A stretch of DNA of 24,624 nt from Synechococcus sp. (GCA_051439605.1 JBFRWN010000120.1:1-24624), one strand, 5' to 3'. Numbered from the stretch's first letter, positions 8,749 to 18,108 are shown. Made by a program: numbers and translations. The notes: generated by a model not told the origin, from the letters alone.

Positions 8749-8762
8749 GTAAATATATTTAC
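8749..8762. promoter_or_regulatory. Perfect palindrome GTAAATATATTTAC matching the NtcA box GTA-N8-TAC
   Basis: 14-bp perfect palindrome 80 bp upstream of the sulfotransferase start. No perfect TAN3T -10 element at the canonical spacing. Confidence 0.35.
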
Positions 8763-8927
8763 TTCTTCACCCCCCCCTAATAGGCTTAAGTAGGGTGTTT
8801 GCGACTCATCACAAGTCAATCCTTGTGGTTGGATTTGCCTACCCCATAACAGCTCTTGTGGGCTTTACTGGCGCGTGAGGACTCACATGAAATATTCCAT
8901 GCCACGACTGAAAGTCTGAGTTGCCGT

Positions 8928-11465
8928 CTAAGATGACCGCCGATCCAGAGGCCCACGCGTCACACCTAACTGAGTTTGCACCTGCAACTCTCGCCACAGC
9001 TGCGATCCTTTAATTTCTCCTTTCAGCAGCTGTTGATAGCGGGCGATCGCCTGACTGACCTGCCCCCTCGATTCATCCACAAACTCAATGCGGAAATACT
9101 TTGCTCCTAAATCCAGCAGTTGATGGACGTACTCTGCACCGGTCTGGGCGGTACCGTTGAATAGGGTATTGCGACAGCCAGCATCCGCCTGCAATACGTG
9201 CTCGGTGCCGACGCGATCGCGCAGCTTCACCTCATGGGTGTCGCAGGGGCGACCGCAGTTCGTAAAGTCTGTTCCGTCGGAGAGAAAGGCGCAGAACACG
9301 CAATGCTCCATGTGAAACATGGGCATGTGTTGGTGAATGGTGAGGTCGAACCAGTCGGGGGGGACACTGGTCAGTAGGGCGGAGAGCTGGTCGATGTTGA
9401 GGTCGTAGGATGCAGTGAGGCGCTCCAGGTTGAAGCGCTGTTTGAAATATTGGGCGGTAATAGGGTTGGCGACATTCAGAGAAAAATCACCGATGCAGCG
9501 ATCGCCCGCAAAATAGTCCAGGTGATCGTAGTTGCGCACGAGATAGCCGTCGGCGTTGCTAGTTTTCACCTGCTGCAAGATCCAGTTTTCTAGTGGCTTT
9601 GAGATGCGCGGAGGAGCGACCCAGATGCTTTGACCTACTGCGGTGGGATTCGATTTCACCATCCGTACCGCCTCTCGATAAGCGCGAGAATCCTCAAATT
9701 CGCAATACAGCGTCGAGACCCCTGAAGCCCATGCAACCTCCAGTTGATCCAGCGAGCGCACTAGCACGATCAGTTCTGGATCGGAATTATGACTAGCAGC
9801 TACGGCAGGTAATAAATCCTGATAGGTTTTACCTTCATTGAACTGCCACCGGCGAGGACGAGCTCGGAGCTCTTCGAGTTGCTCTACCAAAATTCGGCGC
9901 AGCCGATTCAGCTCGCTCACCGGCAGCATCACTGGCCCGACGAGCGAGGCAGTCAACCTCCCTAACCTAAAGGGGGAACCGCCAAGACGACCCAATTGTT
10001 TGCGCAAACGCAGTTCATCCAGCGGCTTTGAGTGGGCCTGCACCAGCACCATTTCTGACTCGGCGGTGACGAGATGGCCGCAACGATCGCGCATCATCAC
10101 CTGCAGCGGTTCTCCTGTAGTCCCCGAAACTTCGATATCCACCGGGCGGCGAAATTTCGCAGCATCCCCTGCATAGCTTTGGCGGATAGCTCGATCCAGT
10201 TCCGGATCGCTGGTTTTCCAAAGGCGATCGCCCACATGAACCCGCCGCCAATCCAGCGCATCTCGCCCAAAGGTCACCCAAGACGTTGGTCCCACTCGGT
10301 CCACGCTGTATACCCGTCCCCCCTGCTCTTTTTGCTGAGGATTGCCACAATCGAATACCACTCCATCCCCCACCTGCAACGGGGCTTCTAGCGCGATCGC
10401 AATCCGCTTGCCTTGAATCTTGCTCACCCGTCCTAAATACACTCCGCGCTTTTTGCCAAAGCGTGCATGCACCAACCGCTGGTTATCAATACCGTTCATC
10501 CAGCCGGTGTACAGCCCGCGAGAAAAGCTCATTTCTAAGCTGTAGCGATCGCTGGGGTCAACGTCGTAGTCTTCAGTCGTTTGGGTTTGTTCGGTTGCCA
10601 TCACGCGATCGAGGGCTTCCCGATACACCCGCGTGACGTTAGCCACGTATTCAGGCGTCTTGAGGCGACCTTCGATCTTCAGACTGGTGACTCCCGTCTG
10701 CACTAACTCTGGCAGAACGTCTACACCGGACAGGTCTTGGGGGCTGAGGAGATAGTGGCGATCGCCCAGCGGCACCGTTTCCCCATCCGCAATCAGTTCG
10801 TAGGTCATGCGGCAGGCTTGAGCGCATTCCCCCCGATTGGCGGAGCGGCCCCCCAGCGCTTCGCTCGTCAGGCATTGGCCGGAATAGGCGACGCATAATG
10901 CGCCATGAACGAAGACTTCGAGCGGCAGCTGAGCCCGCCTGGCTTCCAACTGCTGCTGAATTTTGTCAATCTCTTTCAGGGAGCATTCTCGGGCTAGTAC
11001 CACCAGGTTGCACCCGAGGGATTTGGCAAACTCCACCCCAGTAGCGCTGGTAACGGTCATTTGGGTGGAGGCGTGGATGGGGAAGTCGGGGGAGAGGTGG
11101 CGGATGAGGCGACAGATGCCGATGTCCTGAACAATGGCAGCGTCAACACCTGCGGTGATAATGGCATGCAGGTATTGCTGCGCTTGCGCTAGTTCGTTGG
11201 CAAACGTCAGGGTATTGAAGGTGACGTAGGCTTTAACCTCTCGCTGGTGCAGCCAGGGAATGAGTTTGGCTAGGTCCGCCTCTGTGAAATTATGGGCCCG
11301 CATGCGAGCGTTGAACTTATCCAGACCAAAGTAGATGGCATCTGCGCCGTTTTCCACCGCAGCCTTAGCGCAGTCCCAATCCCCCGCCGGAGCCAGCAAT
11401 TCGGGGCGGTTGAGATGACGGGGTGAATCCTGACGGGAACTGTTTTTAGCAGAGGAAAGGGTCAT
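8928..11465 (-). CDS. rlhA: U32 peptidase family protein with DUF3656, RlhA-like (23S rRNA C2501 hydroxylation)
   Basis: PELLAPAG, HASTQM, FVHGALCVAYSGQC..RSANRGECAQACR (Fe-S cysteines) and SLKIEGRLK. The 845-aa length and C-terminal second U32-like half fit the long RlhA class. Confidence 0.85.
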   Translation of the reverse strand: MTLSSAKNSSRQDSPRHLNRPELLAPAGDWDCAKAAVENGADAIYFGLDKFNARMRAHNFTEADLAKLIPWLHQREVKAYVTFNTLTFANELAQAQQYLHAIITAGVDAAIVQDIGICRLIRHLSPDFPIHASTQMTVTSATGVEFAKSLGCNLVVLARECSLKEIDKIQQQLEARRAQLPLEVFVHGALCVAYSGQCLTSEALGGRSANRGECAQACRMTYELIADGETVPLGDRHYLLSPQDLSGVDVLPELVQTGVTSLKIEGRLKTPEYVANVTRVYREALDRVMATEQTQTTEDYDVDPSDRYSLEMSFSRGLYTGWMNGIDNQRLVHARFGKKRGVYLGRVSKIQGKRIAIALEAPLQVGDGVVFDCGNPQQKEQGGRVYSVDRVGPTSWVTFGRDALDWRRVHVGDRLWKTSDPELDRAIRQSYAGDAAKFRRPVDIEVSGTTGEPLQVMMRDRCGHLVTAESEMVLVQAHSKPLDELRLRKQLGRLGGSPFRLGRLTASLVGPVMLPVSELNRLRRILVEQLEELRARPRRWQFNEGKTYQDLLPAVAASHNSDPELIVLVRSLDQLEVAWASGVSTLYCEFEDSRAYREAVRMVKSNPTAVGQSIWVAPPRISKPLENWILQQVKTSNADGYLVRNYDHLDYFAGDRCIGDFSLNVANPITAQYFKQRFNLERLTASYDLNIDQLSALLTSVPPDWFDLTIHQHMPMFHMEHCVFCAFLSDGTDFTNCGRPCDTHEVKLRDRVGTEHVLQADAGCRNTLFNGTAQTGAEYVHQLLDLGAKYFRIEFVDESRGQVSQAIARYQQLLKGEIKGSQLWRELQVQTQLGVTRGPLDRRSS

Positions 11466-11583
11466 GATGGGGAGGAGATCGGGGCGGCGGTAACGACAAG
11501 ACTTGGGGGAGACCTTCTTGGGCAGAAGCCAAGCGCTGAAGTGGCTTTAGCCTTCAGTAGCTAGGGTAGCTTTCTACAAGGGG

Positions 11584-13050
11584 TTAGACGGATTTAGGTC
11601 GATAGCCAATGCGATCGAGATGGAGGTGAGGTTGCCAAGTGTCGACCAATCGATCGAGCAGGCGATCGCGATCCTCGCTGTAGTGCCCTTCTAGTTCGGG
11701 TAACGGTCGCAATCCTTTGGACGCTCTCACCCGATTCAACCACTGCCTGCGCCAAGCATGGTTATCGAATAACCCGTGCAGGTAGCTTCCCCAGACCCGC
11801 CCATCTTCCGATACACAGCCCAGCTCGGAGCGATCGAACATCGGCTGTGCATCTCGACCCAACTGTGTTCGTCCCTGATGAATCTCGTATCCCTGAATGG
11901 GTAGGCTTCCCAACCATCGACTGCGCGTCGTCACTTGCTGCGTCACTTTATCTCCCGTAAAGGCCGTCTCCAGCGGCAGCAATCCTAATCCTCGGAATGT
12001 TCCTCTAAGCCCCTCAAATCCTTCTGAATCCACAATCTCTTTGCCCAACATCTGCATCCCCCCGCAAATCCCGGCGATCGCCCCCGAAAATCGTCGCACT
12101 TGGTCCGCCATCCCCGAATCTTGCATGGCTAACAGATCGTGAATGGTGGCCTTACTCCCCGGCAAAATAACCACATCTGGTGAGCCCAAAGAATCATCTA
12201 GCGCCACGTAGCGCACCTTGACACTGGGCTCCGCCCCCAGCGGGTCAAAGTCTGTAAAGTTGGCGATGCGCGGCAGTCGAATCACCGCAATCTCCAGCTC
12301 TGCCGCTTGTTTGCGCCCTCGCTGCTCAAATAGGCTCATGGAATCTTCTGCTGGCAGCGCAAACTCCAACCAAGGCAGCACCCCAACGATGGGTAGCCCC
12401 GTGTACTCTTCGAGCCAATCCAACCCCGGCTGCAGAAGATCCAACACTCCTCGAAATTTATTGATGATAATTCCGGAAAATAGCTTTTGCTCGTCCTCCG
12501 GTAGCACCTGCAGCGTCCCCACAACGTGGGCCAAGGCTCCGCCGCGATCGATGTCTGCCACCAGCAGCGTCGGAGCTTGCAAATATTTCGCCACCCGCAT
12601 ATTGGTCAGGTCCCGATGGCGCAGATTCACCTCAGCCGGACTGCCTGCTCCCTCGCACACGATCCAGTCGTATTGCTGTTGCAGGCGATCGAGGGTTTCT
12701 GTGACGGCTTGCCAGCCGCGATCGAAAAACGTCTCGTAATAGTCCCCCGCTCGATAGGTGCCCACTGGATGCCCGTGCAGCACGATTTGAGAGGTCATGT
12801 TCCCTTGAGGCTTCAGCAAAATCGGATTCATGTCCACATGGGGCTCTACTTCCGCCGCCCAAGCTTGTAACGCTTGAGCGTAGCCAATCTCACCCCCCTT
12901 GGGGGTGACGTAAGCGTTCAGCGACATATTCTGGGCTTTGAAGGGGGTGACCGACCAACTATCCCGCTTCAAGACCCGGCACAGCGCTGCCGCAACAAGC
13001 GATTTACCGACATTTGATGAGGTGCCGACAACCATCATTGAGTTGGACAT
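11584..13050 (-). CDS. cobQ: Cobyric acid synthase
   Basis: GTSSNVGKS, PFKAQNMSLN, EGAGSPAEVNL, DIDRGG, NFTDFDPL, GICGGMQMLG, GYEIH and GSYLHGLF. Confidence 0.97.
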   Translation of the reverse strand: MSNSMMVVGTSSNVGKSLVAAALCRVLKRDSWSVTPFKAQNMSLNAYVTPKGGEIGYAQALQAWAAEVEPHVDMNPILLKPQGNMTSQIVLHGHPVGTYRAGDYYETFFDRGWQAVTETLDRLQQQYDWIVCEGAGSPAEVNLRHRDLTNMRVAKYLQAPTLLVADIDRGGALAHVVGTLQVLPEDEQKLFSGIIINKFRGVLDLLQPGLDWLEEYTGLPIVGVLPWLEFALPAEDSMSLFEQRGRKQAAELEIAVIRLPRIANFTDFDPLGAEPSVKVRYVALDDSLGSPDVVILPGSKATIHDLLAMQDSGMADQVRRFSGAIAGICGGMQMLGKEIVDSEGFEGLRGTFRGLGLLPLETAFTGDKVTQQVTTRSRWLGSLPIQGYEIHQGRTQLGRDAQPMFDRSELGCVSEDGRVWGSYLHGLFDNHAWRRQWLNRVRASKGLRPLPELEGHYSEDRDRLLDRLVDTWQPHLHLDRIGYRPKSV

Positions 13051-13201
13051 AAGTGCTGCGAATGAAGAAGTTCTGGACTACCAATAGATAACTATCATCT
13101 GGTGGAAAGGTGAGTTAGGGTCTTCTATTCTCATCAGTTTGAATTGAGATCGCTAACGGTTGGGTACAAAAGGAGCATCTCTGCTTCGCATCCAGAGCAA
13201 T

Positions 13202-13624
13202 ATGCCGATTCAAAAAGTCGATCCCGCACATAGGCGCAAGTTCTTTGGGCTGTTCGTTGCAATGACTGTCATCGGACTAGCCGCCATTCAGTGGGGGGTA
13301 CCGTTGCTTCAGGAGAATATCGCCAATCAAGAACCAGAGTCAGCTATTCGTCTCGTACAACTACTGCTAAGCCTGATGTTTGTCCCAATGGTGCCAATGG
13401 CTTACTACACCTATCGGTTAGCCATGCGGGTGAAGAACAGTCAGCAATTTCCACCCCCCGGCATGAAAGTCATTCGAGATACACAAATTCTCCAGGGGAA
13501 AGCAGCAAGACGACTAGGAAACCAGTTGGTCGCGGCCAGCGCCTTTCTGGCAGTTGCGGCATTCGTTGGACTCTTCTACCTGCCGTATTTGATTGCTCAA
13601 ATTGGCAATACCTTCGCGAAATGA
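13202..13624 (+). CDS. Hypothetical three-helix membrane protein
   Basis: Three hydrophobic segments and a QFPPPGMKVIRDT loop. ATG at 13202 is preferred over TTG at 13160. Confidence 0.75.
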   Translation: MPIQKVDPAHRRKFFGLFVAMTVIGLAAIQWGVPLLQENIANQEPESAIRLVQLLLSLMFVPMVPMAYYTYRLAMRVKNSQQFPPPGMKVIRDTQILQGKAARRLGNQLVAASAFLAVAAFVGLFYLPYLIAQIGNTFAK

Positions 13625-13772
13625 AGACCGATCTGGAAGTTGGTCGCTGGAACCTTTGCACCGTATGACCACCATAAGTGGCGGCGATCGCCCTGAAGCA
13701 GTTCGGATACCCCCTAGTCCCTGTCAATAGATCTCACTAGACTGACTGGAGAGGCTATGTAGAGAGTCCTAC

Positions 13773-15242
13773 ATGAGCAGTCGGTTTTACCCATCACTGG
13801 CGGAGATCGTATGGTCAGAAGACCCGCAACCGGAGTGGTTGTCGGGACCGGAGGATTCTGCCTGGCGACAAACCATTGCGGCCATGCAACAGCTGTGGAA
13901 GGACGTGAGCTGTGCTGGTGTGGGGGTCAGCTGTCCGGTGAGCTGGTGGCCGAACCAGCAGGACGAACGCAATATTTTGCCCGGACAGCGGTGGCTGTTT
14001 TCCTCCAATTTGTCTGTGGGGAATCTGTCTCAGCCTTATCAGATTGTCGTGCCCGTTATGCCCCGGGATTCCCTGAGGAAGGAACAGATATTTTGTATTG
14101 TCAGCGCTGCTTTTGGGGCGATCGCCCTCAAAGCCAAGCATCCCGATACAGGTGACATGGGAGTGAGCTTTTCCTTCGAGCCGCAAATTGTGCGGCGGGT
14201 ATGGATGGGACTGCGTACGCGGGTACTGGCAGCCCGCCAAGATGCCGTGGATTTGTGGGATGCAGTTTTGGAGGACTACCCCCTGCTGCCTCCTGACTAT
14301 CGAGTGCTATCTCGGTTTAGTTCTTTGCTGATGATGTCAGCCCAAGATCGGCTGCCGATGCCCCATACCCATATCGAGCCGCAACTCTTTTTGATGCCCC
14401 CCTCCGTCGACTTTGTAGAGGAGGTGCCCCCTGAAACCATAAGGTCGTGGGGGGGGGCTTCTAACCCGCGGCAACAGCGGGATAATGGGCGGACAAACGG
14501 TGCCTCACAGTCTTCCGACGGAACTGCTGAGGAAACATCCTCCGAGCCCCTATCGGAGTCGGATCTGCTGCGGGCGATCGCCCACGAAGTGCAAACTCCA
14601 CTGGCAACCATCCGCACCTTGACCCGCCTACTGCTGCGGCGGGAGGATCTGACTCCGCTGTGCCGCCGCTACGTGCAAAACATTGAACGGGAATGCACCG
14701 AGCAAATCGATCGCTTTGGTTTGTTTTTCCGAGCTACAGAGCTTGACCCAGACAACGTGCGCCTGCAAATTACCTCGTTAACCGAGCTGCTAGAGATTAA
14801 CTTGCCACGGTGGAAACAACAGGTGGAGCGGCGGGGATCCACCTTTGAATTGGATATCCCAACGAATTTCCCGTCGGTGGTGAGCGATCCGAATACGTTG
14901 GATGCCATGCTGACAGGGGTCCTCGATCGGATCTCTCGCAGTGCCCCCGCCGGTAGTCGCATTGTGGCCAAACTGGTGCATGCGGGGGAGCAGGTGAAGC
15001 TGCAGTTCCAGGTCAATACAGAGGATCTGGGGGTAGATGTCAGTGGTCATGCTCCCAGCCCTTTACAGGCATTGGGGCGGCTGCTGGTGGTACAGCCTGA
15101 CACGGGAGCCTTAAGCCTCAGTCTGACCATGACACAGCAGTTGTTTAAAGCCTTGGGGGCCAAATTTACCGTTCGCCAACAGTCCGAGCATGGGGAAACA
15201 CTGACTATCTACCTGCCCCAGCACTTCGAAAAACCCAGATGA
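13773..15242 (+). CDS. hik34: Histidine kinase, Hik34-like, with degenerate ATP-binding domain
   Basis: H-box IAHEVQTPLATIRTLTRLLLRR..ECTEQIDR. The C-terminal domain lacks canonical N/G1/G2 boxes (GVLDRISRS; QPDTGALSLSL), as recalled for cyanobacterial Hik34. Confidence 0.8.
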   Translation: MSSRFYPSLAEIVWSEDPQPEWLSGPEDSAWRQTIAAMQQLWKDVSCAGVGVSCPVSWWPNQQDERNILPGQRWLFSSNLSVGNLSQPYQIVVPVMPRDSLRKEQIFCIVSAAFGAIALKAKHPDTGDMGVSFSFEPQIVRRVWMGLRTRVLAARQDAVDLWDAVLEDYPLLPPDYRVLSRFSSLLMMSAQDRLPMPHTHIEPQLFLMPPSVDFVEEVPPETIRSWGGASNPRQQRDNGRTNGASQSSDGTAEETSSEPLSESDLLRAIAHEVQTPLATIRTLTRLLLRREDLTPLCRRYVQNIERECTEQIDRFGLFFRATELDPDNVRLQITSLTELLEINLPRWKQQVERRGSTFELDIPTNFPSVVSDPNTLDAMLTGVLDRISRSAPAGSRIVAKLVHAGEQVKLQFQVNTEDLGVDVSGHAPSPLQALGRLLVVQPDTGALSLSLTMTQQLFKALGAKFTVRQQSEHGETLTIYLPQHFEKPR

Positions 15243-15320
15243 CGTCTGGCCCACTTAACTTCGCGAGATCTACTCTCCCCACCGAAATTCCCCCCTCTAG
15301 ATTTTCACCCCAGCCAATCG

Positions 15321-16028
15321 ATGCCGAATTTGCAACCCCCTAAAACCAATAGCGAACGCATCGAAACGCTGCTGCATCAACTGCGTAATCCTTTAACCGC
15401 GCTGAACACATTTGCCAAGCTGCTGGACAAGCGCAGCCCCTCTGACGATCCCAATCGCTGGATTCTAGAGCGCATTGAACGGGAGTGCAACCACATGAGA
15501 TCGCTCCTCGACCGATTTGAAATTGACGCAGAATTGGCCCCCTCTTCAGATGCTGATGCTGCAGCTAACCGGGCATCCAGCAAGATCGAGCTAGCCCTAA
15601 AACCGTTTCTGGAAGAGTTGTGGCCCACATACGCAACGCTGGCCCAGGAGTGCGCCATTGAGGCCCGACTCGATGTCGAGCTTGAACCTCAGAGCGCTGT
15701 GACTGTGAATCCTTTGGGACTGAGGGAAGCGATCGACAACTTAATGGATAACGCCCTTAAATACACTCTGGCCGGGGGAACCGTCACGTTAGCTGCCCGC
15801 GAGGAGGAGGATAAGATTGCCATACAGGTGGGGGATACCGGTCCAGGTATTGCCTCGTCGGATTTGCCCCAGATATTCGATCGCCATTTCCGCGTTGAAG
15901 GCAGCCAACCCGGCCAAGGGCTGGGACTGGCGATCGCCCGAGATTTGGTGACCGACATGGGAGGAGAACTGACCGTCCAAAGCCGTTTAGGTCACGGAAC
16001 AGAGTTTACGATTCGATTGCCAAGGTGA
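15321..16028 (+). CDS. hik2: Histidine kinase, Hik2/CSK-like, lacking the N-terminal GAF sensor
   Basis: H-box LLHQLRNPLTALNTFAKLL, as recalled for Hik2. Intact N-box NLMDNALKYT, G1 DTGPGI and G2 GQGLGLAI. Only about 18 aa precede the His. Confidence 0.82.
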   Translation: MPNLQPPKTNSERIETLLHQLRNPLTALNTFAKLLDKRSPSDDPNRWILERIERECNHMRSLLDRFEIDAELAPSSDADAAANRASSKIELALKPFLEELWPTYATLAQECAIEARLDVELEPQSAVTVNPLGLREAIDNLMDNALKYTLAGGTVTLAAREEEDKIAIQVGDTGPGIASSDLPQIFDRHFRVEGSQPGQGLGLAIARDLVTDMGGELTVQSRLGHGTEFTIRLPR

Positions 16029-16032
16029 AGCT

Positions 16033-16725
16033 ATGAGCGGACGAGTTTTATTGGTGGATGACGAGCCCGGTTTGCGGGATGCTGTCCAAGCCTACCTAGA
16101 AGAAAGCGGCTTTAAGGTGGACGTGGCAGCCAACGCCCAGCAGGGGTTGAAAAAGTTGCAGGAGAATCCCCCCGAGCTGATTATTTCGGACATCATGATG
16201 CCGCGGGTGGATGGCTATGCCTTTTTGCAGCAGGTGCGCGGTCAAACTGCGTATAAGCATATCCCGTTTATTTTTCTCACAGCTAAAGGGCTGACGGACG
16301 ATCGCATTCAGGGATACAAAGCAGGCGTTGACGCCTATTTGCCCAAGCCCTTCGACCCCGACGAACTGGTGGCGATCGCAACGAACCTGCTAGAAAAATT
16401 TCGCAGCAACCCTGACAACGTCATGGTGGCCCGCGAGTTAGCCGAAATCAAACAGCTGTTAGCAGAACAGCAAAGTGCCACCGGCAAGCAGCCCGCGGCC
16501 TTCACCCCCGAACCCCCCCCCATCAAAGTTCAACTCACCCCCCGCGAGGAGGAAGTGTTGGACCTGGTTTCCGAGGGACTCATGAACAAAGAAATCGCCA
16601 GAAAGCTAGAAACCAGCATCCGCAACGTCGAAAAGTACGTCACCCGATTGCTCAATAAGACCGGAACCAACAGCCGCACCGAACTGGTACGCTACGCCAT
16701 TACCTACGGCCTAGTAAAACTCTAA
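16033..16725 (+). CDS. rre1: NarL/LuxR-family response regulator Rre1/Ycf29
   Basis: Receiver motifs LLVDD, SDIMMP, FLTAKG and LPKPFDP. HTH LTPREEEVL..GLMNKEIARKLETSIRNVEKYV..KTGTNSRTELVR is characteristic of Ycf29/Rre1. Confidence 0.9.
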   Translation: MSGRVLLVDDEPGLRDAVQAYLEESGFKVDVAANAQQGLKKLQENPPELIISDIMMPRVDGYAFLQQVRGQTAYKHIPFIFLTAKGLTDDRIQGYKAGVDAYLPKPFDPDELVAIATNLLEKFRSNPDNVMVARELAEIKQLLAEQQSATGKQPAAFTPEPPPIKVQLTPREEEVLDLVSEGLMNKEIARKLETSIRNVEKYVTRLLNKTGTNSRTELVRYAITYGLVKL

Positions 16726-16802
16726 AGTAGAGCAACCATTTAGAACTCTTGCCCTAGTCACCCTTCCATTAGCACTTTCGCTTTTCAGCGTGTGTTTTGT
16801 AC

Positions 16803-16909
16803 TGACCCGAATGGGTCTTCTCGGAGGGTTCCAAGGGAAGCGATCATCCCTGGGTCGCGGGAGCGGGAGGGGGCGCGACCGCCCCCTCGCAACCTCTCAA
16901 CGCGAGTCA
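16803..16909. repeat. GC-rich multi-hairpin (REP-like) element between convergent rre1 and aspC
   Basis: Hairpins GACCC-GAAT-GGGTC, CCAAGGGA..TCCCTGGG and a perfect GAGGGGGCG-CGAC-CGCCCCCTC (16867-16888). Confidence 0.6.
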
Positions 16910-16938
16910 AACCTGATTGAGCCAAATCCTTTCAACAG

Positions 16939-18108
16939 CTAAAGAGACTCAATAAACGTTTTGAGTCTGGCAATCCCCTTCTCAATCGTTTCCATATCCG
17001 TAGCGTAAGACATGCGAATATACCCCTCTGCCCCAAATGCTTTTCCCGGCACCACCGCCACCTTCTGCTCCTCTAACAAGCGATCGCAAAACTCCAACGA
17101 CCCCAAGCCAGCACAGCTAATGTTCGGGAACATATAAAATGCCCCCTGCGGCTTGACGCAGGTCACCCCAGGAATAGAGGTAAGTCCGCCGTACATCACT
17201 TCTCTGCGCTCGGCAAAAGTCTCGCGCATTTTTGCCACCGCCGGTTCGGACTCATTACTGGTCAAAGCGGCCAAAGCACCGAACTGGGCAAACGAACACA
17301 CGTTGGACGTACTGTGCCCTTGAATGGAAGAGGCAGCCTTAATGAGGTCCGCAGGACCTGCTAAATACCCAATCCGCCAACCAGTCATGGCATAGGCTTT
17401 GGCAAAGCCGCTGCTGACGATCGTGCGGGCAAAAATATCGGGTCCAAGGCTACCAATACTAATGTGTTGCCCGCCCTCGTAAATCAGCTTTTCGTAAATC
17501 TCATCAGAGACAACATATAAGTCGTTAGCCACAATAATTTCGGCTAAGGCCTCTAACTCTGCCCGACTGTAGACGGTACCGGTAGGGTTAGAGGGTGAGG
17601 TCAGGATCAGCAGTTTAGAATTAGGGGTAAGAGCAGCTTTAAGCTGCTCGGGGGAGATTTTAAATCCGCTAGCTTCGGTGGTAGGTACGACTACGGAGGT
17701 TGCCCCAGCTAGCGTAACCATTTCTGGATAGCTGAGCCAGTAAGGAGCCGGCAGAATGACCTCGTCCCCAGGTTCCAGCAGGGCCATAGCCATGTTAAAC
17801 AGGGTTTGCTTGCCCCCATTGCTGACCATCACCTGCTCGGAGGGATAGGGGAGCCCATTCTCTGTTGAAAGCTTGTTCGCGATCTCCTCCCGCAGGGCAG
17901 GCATCCCCGCCACGGGACCGTAGTGGGTTTGTCCGTCTTTGAGAGCTTGTATGGACGCTTCCCGGATATGGAGAGGCGTATCGAAATCCGGTTCACCAGC
18001 CCCAAACCCACAGATATCTATCCCCTGAGCTTTGAGTGCTTTTGCTTTGGATGCGATGGCCAAAGTCAAAGAGGGTGTGAGGTGTTTTACGCGAGTCGCC
18101 AGCTTCAC
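16939..18108 (-). CDS. aspC: PLP-dependent aspartate aminotransferase (class I/II)
   Basis: GAGEPDFDTP, SPSNPTG, SDEIYE, SGFAKAYAMTGWRIGY (PLP lysine) and PQGAFY. Likely GTG start at 18108 with a GAGGAA SD; an alternative ATG lies at 18162. Confidence 0.93.
   Translation of the reverse strand: MKLATRVKHLTPSLTLAIASKAKALKAQGIDICGFGAGEPDFDTPLHIREASIQALKDGQTHYGPVAGMPALREEIANKLSTENGLPYPSEQVMVSNGGKQTLFNMAMALLEPGDEVILPAPYWLSYPEMVTLAGATSVVVPTTEASGFKISPEQLKAALTPNSKLLILTSPSNPTGTVYSRAELEALAEIIVANDLYVVSDEIYEKLIYEGGQHISIGSLGPDIFARTIVSSGFAKAYAMTGWRIGYLAGPADLIKAASSIQGHSTSNVCSFAQFGALAALTSNESEPAVAKMRETFAERREVMYGGLTSIPGVTCVKPQGAFYMFPNISCAGLGSLEFCDRLLEEQKVAVVPGKAFGAEGYIRMSYATDMETIEKGIARLKTFIESL

Noticed and set aside
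9593..12870. Numerous antisense and alternate-frame ORFs within rlhA and cobQ
   Set aside because: Shadow ORFs of GC-rich coding sequence with no motifs.
13051..13201. Cobalamin riboswitch upstream of cobQ
   Set aside because: No B12-box or conserved core recognised, and the region is short.
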